From the NCBI GenBank assembly GCA_019058365.1, contig JAHPZE010000017.1, positions 1-64,000 of the forward strand: a stretch of 64,000 nucleotides of DNA, in the 5' to 3' direction. A program made the position numbers and the translations under genes. The stretch comes from Promethearchaeota archaeon (GTDB taxonomy: Archaea > Asgardarchaeota > Lokiarchaeia > Sigyniarchaeales > SOKP01). Below the pieces are notes generated by a model. That model saw only the letters and a list, made by a program, of their open reading frames with translations, ran no database searches and had not been told where the DNA came from. Of the stretch, positions 40,760 through 50,790 are shown one piece after another (the stretch's first letter is position 1; every line of letters starts with the position of its first letter).

Positions 40760-40948
40760 AAATAGTGGGCATTCTCTAAGTAAATTACAGATATTGAATT
40801 AAAGGATTATAAAAAACTTTTAGCTTTAAAAATATTAATCTAAACGGAAGGAGCTACCCTAGTTTATTTATCATATAATAAAAGAGGTTTTTAAAAATAA
40901 TAACCTTCTTAGCATTATTACTTGGTAAAAAAAGTTGAACTGTCCAAA

Positions 40949-41122
40949 ATGAGTAAAGAAGTTATTTGTGAAAATTGTGGCGAAAATACGTCATCAGAAT
41001 TATACGAATGTGCAGATTGTTTTACCCAAATATGCGAAGAGTGTGGGAATATTTGTAAAAAATGCGGAGAATACCTATGTGATGGATGTTATCATGATCA
41101 TAAGAAGAATTGTAAGAAATGA
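40949..41122 (+). CDS. Small Cys-rich Zn-finger protein
   Basis: Five CxxC motifs plus H/C; ATG 40949 (alternative TTG 40922); overlaps the next start. Confidence 0.7.
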   Translation: MSKEVICENCGENTSSELYECADCFTQICEECGNICKKCGEYLCDGCYHDHKKNCKK

Positions 41123-41523
41123 AAGGTACTTACATCTTAGTTGTTTTCATACAAAAAAATATTGAACTTAATATCGGTGCTCTTGGTAAAATTAAATTTA
41201 AAAAAGGTTTTTACTTATATATAGGTTCAGCTATGGCAAATTCTGGCTCAACAACACTAATTAATAGAGTCAGAAGACACATATCTCCCTCAGAGAGTAA
41301 AAAAATACGTTGGCACATCGATTATTTGCTTCAAAGCAAATTTGCCTCTATTTACCGTATATATTTAATTCCTTCTCTTCAGAATCTAGAGTGCTTAATA
41401 GCGAATGAATTATTAAACATATCAGATGGCTACATTAATAAATTTGGATCATCAGATTGTCTTTGTAAATCCCATTTGCTTTATTTTAAAGAGTTTAAAC
41501 CATTAAAAAAATTAATCCAATAA
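41119..41523 (+). CDS. DUF123 GIY-YIG/Uri endonuclease-like protein
   Basis: GTY.L, YLYIGSA, WHIDYLL, EC, FGSSDC.C.SHL. Confidence 0.9.
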   Translation: MKGTYILVVFIQKNIELNIGALGKIKFKKGFYLYIGSAMANSGSTTLINRVRRHISPSESKKIRWHIDYLLQSKFASIYRIYLIPSLQNLECLIANELLNISDGYINKFGSSDCLCKSHLLYFKEFKPLKKLIQ

Positions 41524-41992
41524 ATAAGACAATATCTATCATAATTTCCACTAAAACAGCTTTTTTTACATAAATCCAAGTTGGGAGCCAAAAAAGTGTT
41601 TTTTCTCTAATTTTATCTACAAACCTATGGAAAAAGTTGTTATGATGATAATCTATTTTCCCATTTGTATTTCTCCTTCTTTGAATTCGTCTTACTATTG
41701 TCCAATCCCAAATATCTGGTAAATTAGCAAATATAATTCCTAAATAGTAGAAAAAAAAAGGAATTATTGCTATATAACCAACAACGCGTACACTAATATT
41801 CCAAAAAACCCAGAATTTATCATCCCAATGTGGTTCAGGAGTATGATAGGTAATTTTTGAAAATGCATCAACAATAAAATGGGATAAAAAAGCAATGATT
41901 ACGGTAAGTAAGAAGTTAAAGGGAAAAGTAAAAAACATAAAACATAAAATTTGAATGAACACACCAATTAAAACGTGAGTGATTAAATTCAT
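41495..41992 (-). CDS. Small membrane metal-dependent hydrolase-like protein, copy 1
   Basis: TH, SHF..D, YH, N..D..DW and H motifs on TM helices. Confidence 0.65.
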   Translation of the reverse strand: MNLITHVLIGVFIQILCFMFFTFPFNFLLTVIIAFLSHFIVDAFSKITYHTPEPHWDDKFWVFWNISVRVVGYIAIIPFFFYYLGIIFANLPDIWDWTIVRRIQRRRNTNGKIDYHHNNFFHRFVDKIREKTLFWLPTWIYVKKAVLVEIMIDIVLFIGLIFLMV

Positions 41993-42028
41993 AGTTTTTT
42001 CAATTAATAGACTTATAACACTTTAAAG

Positions 42029-42675
42029 AAATGATAATTATAAAAATCCTTAAGTTTAGAAATAATTTTTTATTAAGACATATTATTTAGCAAATAAAAT
42101 TCCAATAATTAAAGCAATATCAATTAATATTTCTGATATTGTTGCCTTTTTATTATAGGTCAAATTAGGAAGCCAAAAAAGGGTTTTTTTTCTAATTTTG
42201 GCTATAATGCTATGAAAAATGTGATTATACCTCCAATTAATTTTCTCTTTTTTAATCATTCTTGTATAAAGTAGCCTTAGAATAACCCAATCGATAAGAT
42301 CAACTAAATTTGCACAAAGTATTCCCAAAATAAATGGGTAAAAAAGAAGTATTAAAATACCTCCAGAGCCATACGTAATTATTTGCCATGAAAGCCAAAA
42401 TAAATCTCCTTTTTGAGGATCAGGAGGATGATATGCAATAAGAACAAAAGCATCAAGAATAAAATGAGAAAAGAATGTAAATAAGATGGTAAAAACAATG
42501 TTAAATGGAAATATAAAAATCATAAAGCAATAAATCTGAATAATTATACCAGTTAAAACATGCGTTTCCAAATTCATTATCTTTTTAGTTAAAAACTTTA
42601 TGATACTTTAGAAAAATGATAATTATAAAAATCCTTAAGTTTAGAAATAATTTTTTATTAAGACATATTATTTAG
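42029..42675. repeat. 62-bp perfect direct repeat (42029-42090 and 42614-42675)
   Basis: AAATGATAATTATAAAAATCCTTAAGTTTAGAAATAATTTTTTATTAAGACATATTATTTAG is identical in both places, period 585 bp. Confidence 0.95.
42083..42577 (-). CDS. Small membrane metal-dependent hydrolase-like protein, copy 2
   Basis: Paralog of 41495..41992 (MNL.THVL.G..IQI.CFM, SHF..DAF, KIR.KTLFWLP). Confidence 0.65.
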   Translation of the reverse strand: MNLETHVLTGIIIQIYCFMIFIFPFNIVFTILFTFFSHFILDAFVLIAYHPPDPQKGDLFWLSWQIITYGSGGILILLFYPFILGILCANLVDLIDWVILRLLYTRMIKKEKINWRYNHIFHSIIAKIRKKTLFWLPNLTYNKKATISEILIDIALIIGILFAK

Positions 42676-42730
42676 GACATATTATTTTGAACTAAAAATA
42701 AATAATTAATTAATAAGAGGGAAAAATATT

Positions 42731-43672
42731 ATGGGAATGCTTGAAGGTAAAACTGCTATTATAACCGGTGCAGGACGCGGTTTAGGGCATGAAGAAGCTT
42801 TAGCTATGGCTAGAGAAGGTTGTAATTTAGTTATTAACGATTTAGGTGCTGCTTTTGATGGGAGTGGTGCTGAAACTAAGGTTGCTGACCAAGTTGCTGA
42901 AGAATGTAAAAAATTAGGAGTAAAAGCGGTAGCAAATTATGATTCCGTAACTGATTTCAACAAAGCGAAAGCTATGATTGATCAAGCCATTTCAGAATTC
43001 GGCAAATTAGATATTCTTGTAAATAATGCGGGTATTTTAAGGGATAGAATGCTCTTCAATATGTCAGAGCAAGAATTTGATGATGTTATCGCTGTGCATT
43101 TAAAAGGTACATTTAACATGACTCGCCATGCTGCTGCCTACTTTAGAGAAAAAGGGAAAGCCAATGAAGCTTTGGGAAACTTTGGAAGAGTAATTAATAC
43201 TGCATCTGATGCAGGTTTAACGGGGAATGTAGGACAGACTAATTATGGAGCCGCAAAAGCAGGTATCGCCGCTTTCACTATGAACGCTGCAGCAGAATTA
43301 AAAAAATATGCGACTGTCAATTGTATTGTTCCATTAGCACGAACTCGTTTAACTACAGATGCTACTCCGCAAATGGTTGAAATAATGAATAAACTCGATG
43401 AAACTGGACTTGATGTCTTCAATCCTACTAATGTAGCACCAATGGTTGTATTTTTAGCATCAGATAATGCTAAAAAGATTAATGGAGAGGTATTTAGAGT
43501 AGTAGCTGATCGTGTTATGCTATTCCAAGGATGGCATACTGTTAACCAAATTAAAAATGATCATAAACCCTTTACACCGCAATTAATTGCCGAAAGGATT
43601 AGAGAATTAATGAAAGGCGCACCAAAAAAAGAAAATTTATACGCTCTTCTTGGCGATTTAGTTAAGATGTAA
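42731..43672 (+). CDS. SDR oxidoreductase (hydroxyacyl-CoA dehydrogenase/HSD17B4-like)
   Basis: TGAGRGLG, VINDLG, NNAGILRD, YGAAK. Confidence 0.93.
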   Translation: MGMLEGKTAIITGAGRGLGHEEALAMAREGCNLVINDLGAAFDGSGAETKVADQVAEECKKLGVKAVANYDSVTDFNKAKAMIDQAISEFGKLDILVNNAGILRDRMLFNMSEQEFDDVIAVHLKGTFNMTRHAAAYFREKGKANEALGNFGRVINTASDAGLTGNVGQTNYGAAKAGIAAFTMNAAAELKKYATVNCIVPLARTRLTTDATPQMVEIMNKLDETGLDVFNPTNVAPMVVFLASDNAKKINGEVFRVVADRVMLFQGWHTVNQIKNDHKPFTPQLIAERIRELMKGAPKKENLYALLGDLVKM

Positions 43673-43732
43673 TTTAATTTTAATACTATTTTTTTCTTTA
43701 TTTTTTTTTAATCATAATATATTGTTAAAGAG

Positions 43733-44011
43733 TTACTCTAACTTATCCGTAATTTCTTTGAAAATATGATAAATAATTAAAATTATTTTATCAAAAACTT
43801 CTTCAGACATATCAGCACTATTAGTCTTTAACTTATTTAAAAGATAATCTAATTTATTTAGAGCAGCACTGAGATATAAGATATCATCTTTATTATTTGC
43901 TCTTTTAACTCGAGTTTTTAAAAATATTATCTCACTTATAAGCATATTAACTAATTTTTCTTTTCTTGATTCAACAAACACATTATATGGCAATAAGATT
44001 GTTTTGCTCAT
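43733..44011 (-). CDS. Hypothetical helical protein
   Basis: ATG preceded by GAGG SD. Confidence 0.6.
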   Translation of the reverse strand: MSKTILLPYNVFVESRKEKLVNMLISEIIFLKTRVKRANNKDDILYLSAALNKLDYLLNKLKTNSADMSEEVFDKIILIIYHIFKEITDKLE

Positions 44012-44179
44012 TTTTTAACCTCAGAACTAATTTTATTCTTAGTTATTAAGAGAATAAGACTGAATTAATTTCTTTTAGAGTCCAATTATTGAGTTCTATT
44101 ATTTCATTCAAAAAAAAAGTGTAATTGACATTACATCATATAAGAATAAAATTATTATTATTATAGTATTTTTAATACT

Positions 44180-44695
44180 TTATTTGTCAATTAAATCTTC
44201 AAAGAAAGCATCGTCATAACGTTCTTCTTTCTTCTCTTTTTTCTCTTCTTCTTTGAATTCTTTATACATAAAACGAGCACCAATTATCATCGCAACAATA
44301 CATCCAATAACTAATCCATATATAGACCTTGCCAAGAAAGAATAGAAGAAGAATTCAACTGTAACTGTATTTATGTATAGAATTGCATCTACAAGAGTAG
44401 TAGAAAGTGCTGAAATCAATCCACCAATGACGACCACGATAATGTTAATTTTTGTAATCGATTGTTCTTCTTTTCGATATTTTGTGGTATAAATTACACC
44501 ACCTATTGCTCCAATTAAAAATTGATAATCAACATAAGTAAAATACCCAAGTAAAAATTCAAGAATGCCATAAATATAATAAATTAAACGGATTATTGTA
44601 TATGAAAAAAAAGTAAGAGAGACAAAAACAACTATCCCAAATTTTACGTTATTTTTTTTCGCATAATCAGAAATGACAGAAATATTATCCACCAA
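44180..44695 (-). CDS. Small membrane protein (about four TM helices, charged tail)
   Basis: Hydrophobic segments and an E/K-rich C-terminus. Confidence 0.7.
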   Translation of the reverse strand: MVDNISVISDYAKKNNVKFGIVVFVSLTFFSYTIIRLIYYIYGILEFLLGYFTYVDYQFLIGAIGGVIYTTKYRKEEQSITKINIIVVVIGGLISALSTTLVDAILYINTVTVEFFFYSFLARSIYGLVIGCIVAMIIGARFMYKEFKEEEKKEKKEERYDDAFFEDLIDK

Positions 44696-44787
44696 GTTAA
44701 GTTTTAAGAAAATAAAATGATCAGATTTTTTTTAAAGAGTTAAAAATTTAAAAAAACAATAATATAAGAAAGTTGCTATTATTTTAG

Positions 44788-44934
44788 TTATTTGTTCGCA
44801 CTTGGTATATCTTTCCCTTTTGTAATAGCTTCTTTTGCAACTTTTTTTGCTAAATAAAGAGGATCAGCCAAGCTTTTTAGCGCATCAAATGCCTCTTTAA
44901 ATAAATTCTTAGCTTTATCCCCTTCTTTTCCTAT
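44788..44934 (-). CDS. Unannotated 48-aa small protein (ATA start)
   Basis: (I/M)GKEGDKAKNLFKEAFDALKSLADPLYLAKKVAKEAITKGKDIPSANK*; GGAGTG SD 7 nt upstream; coding-like composition. Confidence 0.55.
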   Translation of the reverse strand: MGKEGDKAKNLFKEAFDALKSLADPLYLAKKVAKEAITKGKDIPSANK

Positions 44935-45019
44935 AAAAATCCACTCCTATACTGATAATATTTTAGATGAATTTAGTCACATTAAATGTTAAAGCCTAAA
45001 TATCTATGTCTATGTCTTT

Positions 45020-46165
45020 CTAAGGAAAACCCAGAGTCACATAAGTTGGTACAAAAAGAGGTGATTTAATTTGAGGGAATTTTAAATTTGCTTTCAATTC
45101 TTTAATCATTGTTACATTAGCTTTGATTTTTAAGAAATTCATATTATTAAGAGCTCTGTTTAAATCTTTATCTTTTAAAGGTGATACATACATTAAAACA
45201 GCTAAAGATCGTCGTGTTGAAGCTTTTAAAATCTTGTCTAATAGATATATATATCCAAGAACGAGATCTTTAGAATTATCATATATACTCTTCTCTAGAA
45301 ATATTTCATGAATTATTCCTATTCTTATCTTTATTCCAAATTTAAAAGAATGAATATACTGGTGGGTGATTACTGAGCCCCCTATTATCTTTCCATTTTT
45401 TCTAATAACTATATAAGTTGGTTTTTGCTGTGCTGCTGGAACTTTTACTCTTGCCCATAAAAACTTTGTTTCATTATATTTTGGAAATCCTTCATAATAT
45501 TTTGGATTGATCTTATTTATCTTATTCATATATTCAAAGTGTTTCTTATTGTAATTAATTTCATATGAAAATTCTTTAAAACCGCGATAAAATTTCAGCC
45601 TTATTCTATTTAGAAATCTAGGTATGTACGAAAAAGCACAAAAGATCGGAAAAAAAAGAGCAAGAGCATAAACATTCTTAATAAGCTGTATTATGTTTGG
45701 AAATTGAATAAAAAGAGCTCCAATATCAACATCAAAATATCCTAATTTTTGATAAATTCTTTTTCTTGCAAAACCATTAAATCCTGCAGAAAGTATTGAA
45801 AAATCACATTTTTTCTGTTTCATATATTCAATTGACTTTTCCATTAATTTTGTTGCTATTCCCCTATTTGTGTAATCTGGAAGAGTTGAAACATCATTTA
45901 TATCACCTATTAAATACATATTCTTACCAATAGGTACCATCTCTATTAAATTAACAATTACAGCACCTACAATCTTCTCTTTATTAGTATCTTCAGCAAT
46001 TTGACACATCTCTGGTTCAAATCCTGGAGATTTAACATATCTCCAGTTCCAATTATTAGGAGTTCTTACAAACCCACTGCCATTTTGTTGGAATGCTAAG
46101 TTAAATAAAGTGGCTAATTGTTTTTCATCACCTTCTCGATAATGTCGAAATATTATATCATTCAT
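45020..46165 (-). CDS. GNAT acetyltransferase (two-domain)
   Basis: VSTLPDYTNRGIATKLM motif A; YQKLGY. Confidence 0.85.
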   Translation of the reverse strand: MNDIIFRHYREGDEKQLATLFNLAFQQNGSGFVRTPNNWNWRYVKSPGFEPEMCQIAEDTNKEKIVGAVIVNLIEMVPIGKNMYLIGDINDVSTLPDYTNRGIATKLMEKSIEYMKQKKCDFSILSAGFNGFARKRIYQKLGYFDVDIGALFIQFPNIIQLIKNVYALALFFPIFCAFSYIPRFLNRIRLKFYRGFKEFSYEINYNKKHFEYMNKINKINPKYYEGFPKYNETKFLWARVKVPAAQQKPTYIVIRKNGKIIGGSVITHQYIHSFKFGIKIRIGIIHEIFLEKSIYDNSKDLVLGYIYLLDKILKASTRRSLAVLMYVSPLKDKDLNRALNNMNFLKIKANVTMIKELKANLKFPQIKSPLFVPTYVTLGFP

Positions 46166-46315
46166 TAGATTTTGCGGTTATTTTTTTATTTTTATGATAA
46201 TGAATTAGGAAAAATTAGCTTTTTTAAGCAAGATTCCTATACTTAAATATAATTAAAACTTACATAATAATTAAAGAATTAATATTCTCAATAACACAAA
46301 TGTGAATTGAGTTAA

Positions 46316-46669
46316 ATGAGTGAAAGAATAACTGAAATTCTCGATAGTTTAAAGGCAATAAAAGGGGTTCACGGTGCAGCACTAATTGAGAAATTTGGAT
46401 TAATAAAAGGAAGTGCTTTACCTGGTTGGGTTGATCCAGAAGCTGTTGCGGCAATGGTTACATTAATTTTGAAAGCTAGCCAGAGAGCAACTAAAGAACT
46501 GGAACAAGGCCAATTTTTCAGTGCCATTATAGAATCTGAAAAAGGTAAAATCCTTTTTAGCGAAATTAAAGGAAATATTTTATCTATCATTACAACGCGT
46601 GAAGCAAAATTAGGTATAATAAACTTAAAATTGGATGCCGCTAGCAGCGCGCTAGCATCGTTAATTTAA
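46316..46669 (+). CDS. Roadblock/LC7 (MglB-like) protein
   Basis: IKGVHGAALI...GL, EAVAAM, IIE.E.GKI and AKLG.I pattern. Confidence 0.9.
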   Translation: MSERITEILDSLKAIKGVHGAALIEKFGLIKGSALPGWVDPEAVAAMVTLILKASQRATKELEQGQFFSAIIESEKGKILFSEIKGNILSIITTREAKLGIINLKLDAASSALASLI

Positions 46670-46808
46670 TTTTTTTATTCTTCTTTTTGACAAATTCGAC
46701 CCTATAAGAATTATTAATATCTTTAAAATTCTTATTTAAGATTTAAATGATTAATTGAAAACTTAATTAAATAAAATTATTTTATAAAAAAATATTGAGG
46801 TGATTTAA

Positions 46809-47711
46809 ATGACTATTATTAATTCTGAAGGTAAATATGATGATAAATATTATCTCATTGATGCAATGACAATGGGATTGCCCAAATTCTGTGCAATTTA
46901 TATTATTGAAAATAATGGGATGCGAGTAATGATTGATGTGGGAGAAACATTAAAGGCTCGTAAAATTATTAAAAAAGTTAAAGATTTCGGTCTTTATCCT
47001 ATTGATAAAATCATATTAACTCATTCTCATTGGGATCATGCCCAAGGTATAGCTAAAATGATTAGTTCTATGAAAGATTGTAAAATTGAAGTCTTAGCTT
47101 CTGAAAATGCAATAGATAATCTAAAACATCCTGAAAAAATGATGAAAGGATTTGAAAATTTCGGAGATGTATACCCATTTGAACAAGTGACACCTTTAAA
47201 AGAGGGTGATATCATTAATATAAATGGATTGGAATTAGAAGTAATGAACTTTTTTGGACATACAATGGATTCTATCGCTTTATTTGATAAAACAAATAGG
47301 AATATATTTGTTGGCGATGCAATAATTAACAGATTAGACGAGAATGCTTTTTTTGTCCCTCTCATGCCTCCTGAATTTAATGAAAAAGAACTTTTAAATA
47401 CATTCAACAAATTAAGAGCTATGAAAGATGAGTTGAATTCAATATCTATAAGTCATTTTGGTGTATGGAAAGGCGATCATTTTACACAAATAATTAATGA
47501 AATGGAGGATCTATATTTTAAAGCCAAAAACTTGCTTATTAAATCATATAATGAGAATCCTTCAATTGAATATATAACAAGTAAATACTGCCAAACATTA
47601 TTACCTAAATCAACATCACAAACTGAGCAATTATTTGTCATTCTTATTGGAATGATGGTTAATGGTTTAAAGTATTGTGGATTTATAGACACAACATCTA
47701 TTTCACATTAA
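46809..47711 (+). CDS. Metallo-beta-lactamase fold hydrolase
   Basis: THSHWDH, GH, GD and SHFG. Confidence 0.9.
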   Translation: MTIINSEGKYDDKYYLIDAMTMGLPKFCAIYIIENNGMRVMIDVGETLKARKIIKKVKDFGLYPIDKIILTHSHWDHAQGIAKMISSMKDCKIEVLASENAIDNLKHPEKMMKGFENFGDVYPFEQVTPLKEGDIININGLELEVMNFFGHTMDSIALFDKTNRNIFVGDAIINRLDENAFFVPLMPPEFNEKELLNTFNKLRAMKDELNSISISHFGVWKGDHFTQIINEMEDLYFKAKNLLIKSYNENPSIEYITSKYCQTLLPKSTSQTEQLFVILIGMMVNGLKYCGFIDTTSISH

Positions 47712-47734
47712 TTAAAATATAATTTTATTTTTAA

Positions 47735-49204
47735 TTAATTTATTATCCCTTTTTCTTTTAGAATATCAATAATTATATTTCGAGTTATATGTGGGTCAGC
47801 TTGTCCCTTTGTTTTGGTCATGACTCTTCCTATTAAAGCTTCTATTGCTTTGGGATTTTCACAACAGTCTTTAATAATCTTGGGATTTTCTTCAATTACT
47901 TCAAAGCTTAAATTCTTAAGGAGTATATCATCAGAAACTCTTTTTTTACCTTTTTTTTCAAGTATTTCAGAGATAGAGAAACCCCCCATCATATCATTAA
48001 TAAGTGTTTTAGCAATCTTTGTTGTTATATTTCCTTCATTTACATATCTGATTAAATCGACTATTTGGTGAGGGTGAAGTTTTGTATCTTTTATTATTTT
48101 ATTTTTTTCATTTAACCATCTATATATATCATTCATCAACCAATTGCAGTACTGTTTGTATTCATTTGGTCCAAATGAAGCGTCTGAATTTACTCCGTCC
48201 TCATAAAAATCAGCAATATCTTTATCTAAAACTAAATTATCTGAATCAAATTCTGATAAATTATAATCCCTCTGAAATCTTCTCGATCTCTCATTTGGCA
48301 TTTCTGGTAATTTATCTTTAACTTTTTGAATAAAAATATCATTAATTTCTATTGGAACTAAATCTTGCTCTGGAAAATAGCGATAATCTGCCTCAAATTC
48401 TTTTGTTCGCAATGAAATTGTGATTCTTCTTTTATCATCCCAATGCCTTGTTTCTTGTATTAAGGTTTTTCCTCTTTTTAGCAAATTTTTCTGTCTGATA
48501 TTTTCATGCCTTAACGCTCGTTCTACTTCCCTGAAACTATTGATATTTTTAACTTCACTACGTTCATGTCCTCTTATTGAGATATTAGCATCTACTCTCA
48601 CTGATCCTTCAAGATCGAGATTTGAAATTCCAGAATACTGAATAATTGATTTAATTTGTTTTAAAAATTCACGAGCTTCTTCTGGTGAGGCTAATACAGG
48701 TTCTGTTACTATCTCTATTAAACAAACTCCTGATCTATTATAATCTACTAAAGTATAAGGTGATGTTGCTATACTTCCTTTATGAACAAGCCTTGCTGGA
48801 TCTTCTTCTAAGTGAATTCGATTTAGTATTATATCTTTTTTTTGTGAATTTAATTTAATGGTAATTTGTCCTCCATCTGCAAAAGCCTTCCCTCCCGCTT
48901 TATTATACTGACTTATTTGAAAACCTTTTGCTAAGTCTACATAAAAATATTGTTTTCTGAAGAACCAAAACTGGTGATTTATTTTACAATTTAATGCGAT
49001 TGCTAATCTGGTTGCGAATTCTATAGCTTTCTTATTTACTACTGGAAGTGAACCTGGTAAGCCTATACAAATAGGGCATACATGCGAATTTGCTTCTGTA
49101 CCACGATAGTCATTGCTACAGCTACAAAAAAGTTTTGTTTTAAGATTCGTCAATTGAATATGGACTTCAAGTCCAATAATCACTTCATTATTTTGATTAT
49201 CCAA
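47735..49204 (-). CDS. gatB: Asp/Glu-tRNA amidotransferase subunit B
   Basis: IGLEVH, TKLFC, IHLEED, DYNRSG, EVKN.NS, DYRYFPE. Confidence 0.97.
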   Translation of the reverse strand: MDNQNNEVIIGLEVHIQLTNLKTKLFCSCSNDYRGTEANSHVCPICIGLPGSLPVVNKKAIEFATRLAIALNCKINHQFWFFRKQYFYVDLAKGFQISQYNKAGGKAFADGGQITIKLNSQKKDIILNRIHLEEDPARLVHKGSIATSPYTLVDYNRSGVCLIEIVTEPVLASPEEAREFLKQIKSIIQYSGISNLDLEGSVRVDANISIRGHERSEVKNINSFREVERALRHENIRQKNLLKRGKTLIQETRHWDDKRRITISLRTKEFEADYRYFPEQDLVPIEINDIFIQKVKDKLPEMPNERSRRFQRDYNLSEFDSDNLVLDKDIADFYEDGVNSDASFGPNEYKQYCNWLMNDIYRWLNEKNKIIKDTKLHPHQIVDLIRYVNEGNITTKIAKTLINDMMGGFSISEILEKKGKKRVSDDILLKNLSFEVIEENPKIIKDCCENPKAIEALIGRVMTKTKGQADPHITRNIIIDILKEKGIIN

Positions 49205-49208
49205 ATCA

Positions 49209-50687
49209 TTAACCTCCTTTTGTAACTGGAGCTATTTTTCGATAAATGTTTAGTTCTTGTTCTAATTGATATCCAATATTAAGAATTCCTTTTTCATCAA
49301 AATAATTTCCTATAATTTGAAAACCTATGGGTAAATTATGACTATCAAAACCACATGGAATAGATAATGCGGGGATACCAGCTAGGTTAACGGGACAGGT
49401 TAAAATGTCTGCTATATACATCTGTAAAGGATCATCAATAAATTCTCCCACTTTAAAAGCTGTGGAAGGCATTGTAGGACAAACAATCACATCACATTTT
49501 TTAAATGCCTTAACAAAATCATTTTTTATTAAAGATCTTACTTTAAGAGCCTTTATGTAGAACATATCATAATAGCCCGCGGATAAAGCATAAGTTCCTA
49601 AAAAAATTCTCCTTCTTACTTCTTGTCCAAATTTCTCACCTCTAGTTCTACTGAAAACATCATACACATCACCAGAAAGATTATCGCTCATATTACCATA
49701 TCTTAAACCATCATATCTCGCTAAATTTGAGCTTGCCTCACTCATGCATAATAAATAATAAGTTGCAACTGCATAATCAAGATGCGGTATTGATATATCA
49801 ACCAGTTTAGCTCCTAAACTCTTTAATTTATCAATTGATTTCCTTACAGCACCCTCTACTTCATGGTTTACTCCTTCTCCAAAAAATTCTTTTGGTACCC
49901 CTAAAATCTTCTTATCGATTGGCTTCTTTAAATTTTCGGTATAATCATCTATTTTAATATCAACTGAAGTGGAGTCTAGTGGATCTTTACCCGATATAAT
50001 TTTAAGCATCAATGCTGAATCATAAACACACTTAGTAATAGGGCCGATCTGATCTAACGAATTTGCAAATGCAATCAACCCATACCTAGATACTCTTCCA
50101 TATGTAGGTTTTAAACCGACAGTTCCACAAAATGCAGCTGGACATCGAATACTCCCCCCTGTATCGCTTCCTAAAGCTAATATTGCTTGCCCTGATGCGA
50201 TACTTGCTCCAGAACCTCCACTTGAACCCCCAGGGATTCGTGAAATATCCCATGGATTATATGTAGGACCATAACAACTATTTTCTGTAGAACTACCCAT
50301 CGCAAATTCATCCATATTAGTATTACCTATATGGATTGCTCCTTCTTGCTCAACTAACCGTTCAATCACAAATGCACTATAAGGGGGATAATAATCTTTT
50401 AATATTTTCGAACTGCAAGTAGTTGGAAAATTTTTAATGGAAATAAGATCTTTATTTGCTAATGGTAAACCATAGAGTTTGCCAATTTTCTTACCTTTTT
50501 TTAAATTATTATCTAGTAGTTCTGCTCTCTTTAATGCCTTGTCTTTAGATAAGTTAACGAATGAATGTAACCTTTGCTCGGTTTCTTCTATTCTTTGAAA
50601 AGAAGCTCCTAATAATTCTTGAATTGAAAGCTCCTTATTCTTAATTTTTTCTAATAATTCATATGCCATATATTCATAAAATTTCAT
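49209..50687 (-). CDS. gatA: Asp/Glu-tRNA amidotransferase subunit A
   Basis: NMDEFAMGSSTE, PGGSSGGS, GSDTGGSIR, ASSNLARYDG. Confidence 0.97.
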   Translation of the reverse strand: MKFYEYMAYELLEKIKNKELSIQELLGASFQRIEETEQRLHSFVNLSKDKALKRAELLDNNLKKGKKIGKLYGLPLANKDLISIKNFPTTCSSKILKDYYPPYSAFVIERLVEQEGAIHIGNTNMDEFAMGSSTENSCYGPTYNPWDISRIPGGSSGGSGASIASGQAILALGSDTGGSIRCPAAFCGTVGLKPTYGRVSRYGLIAFANSLDQIGPITKCVYDSALMLKIISGKDPLDSTSVDIKIDDYTENLKKPIDKKILGVPKEFFGEGVNHEVEGAVRKSIDKLKSLGAKLVDISIPHLDYAVATYYLLCMSEASSNLARYDGLRYGNMSDNLSGDVYDVFSRTRGEKFGQEVRRRIFLGTYALSAGYYDMFYIKALKVRSLIKNDFVKAFKKCDVIVCPTMPSTAFKVGEFIDDPLQMYIADILTCPVNLAGIPALSIPCGFDSHNLPIGFQIIGNYFDEKGILNIGYQLEQELNIYRKIAPVTKGG

Positions 50688-50790
50688 TGGACCCGAGCTA
50701 AAATTATTAAAACGTATTATGATAAATAAAAAATAGTTAATAATTAATATTTAAGTATAACATCTATTTTTTTATATTAAGGTGCCTTTC

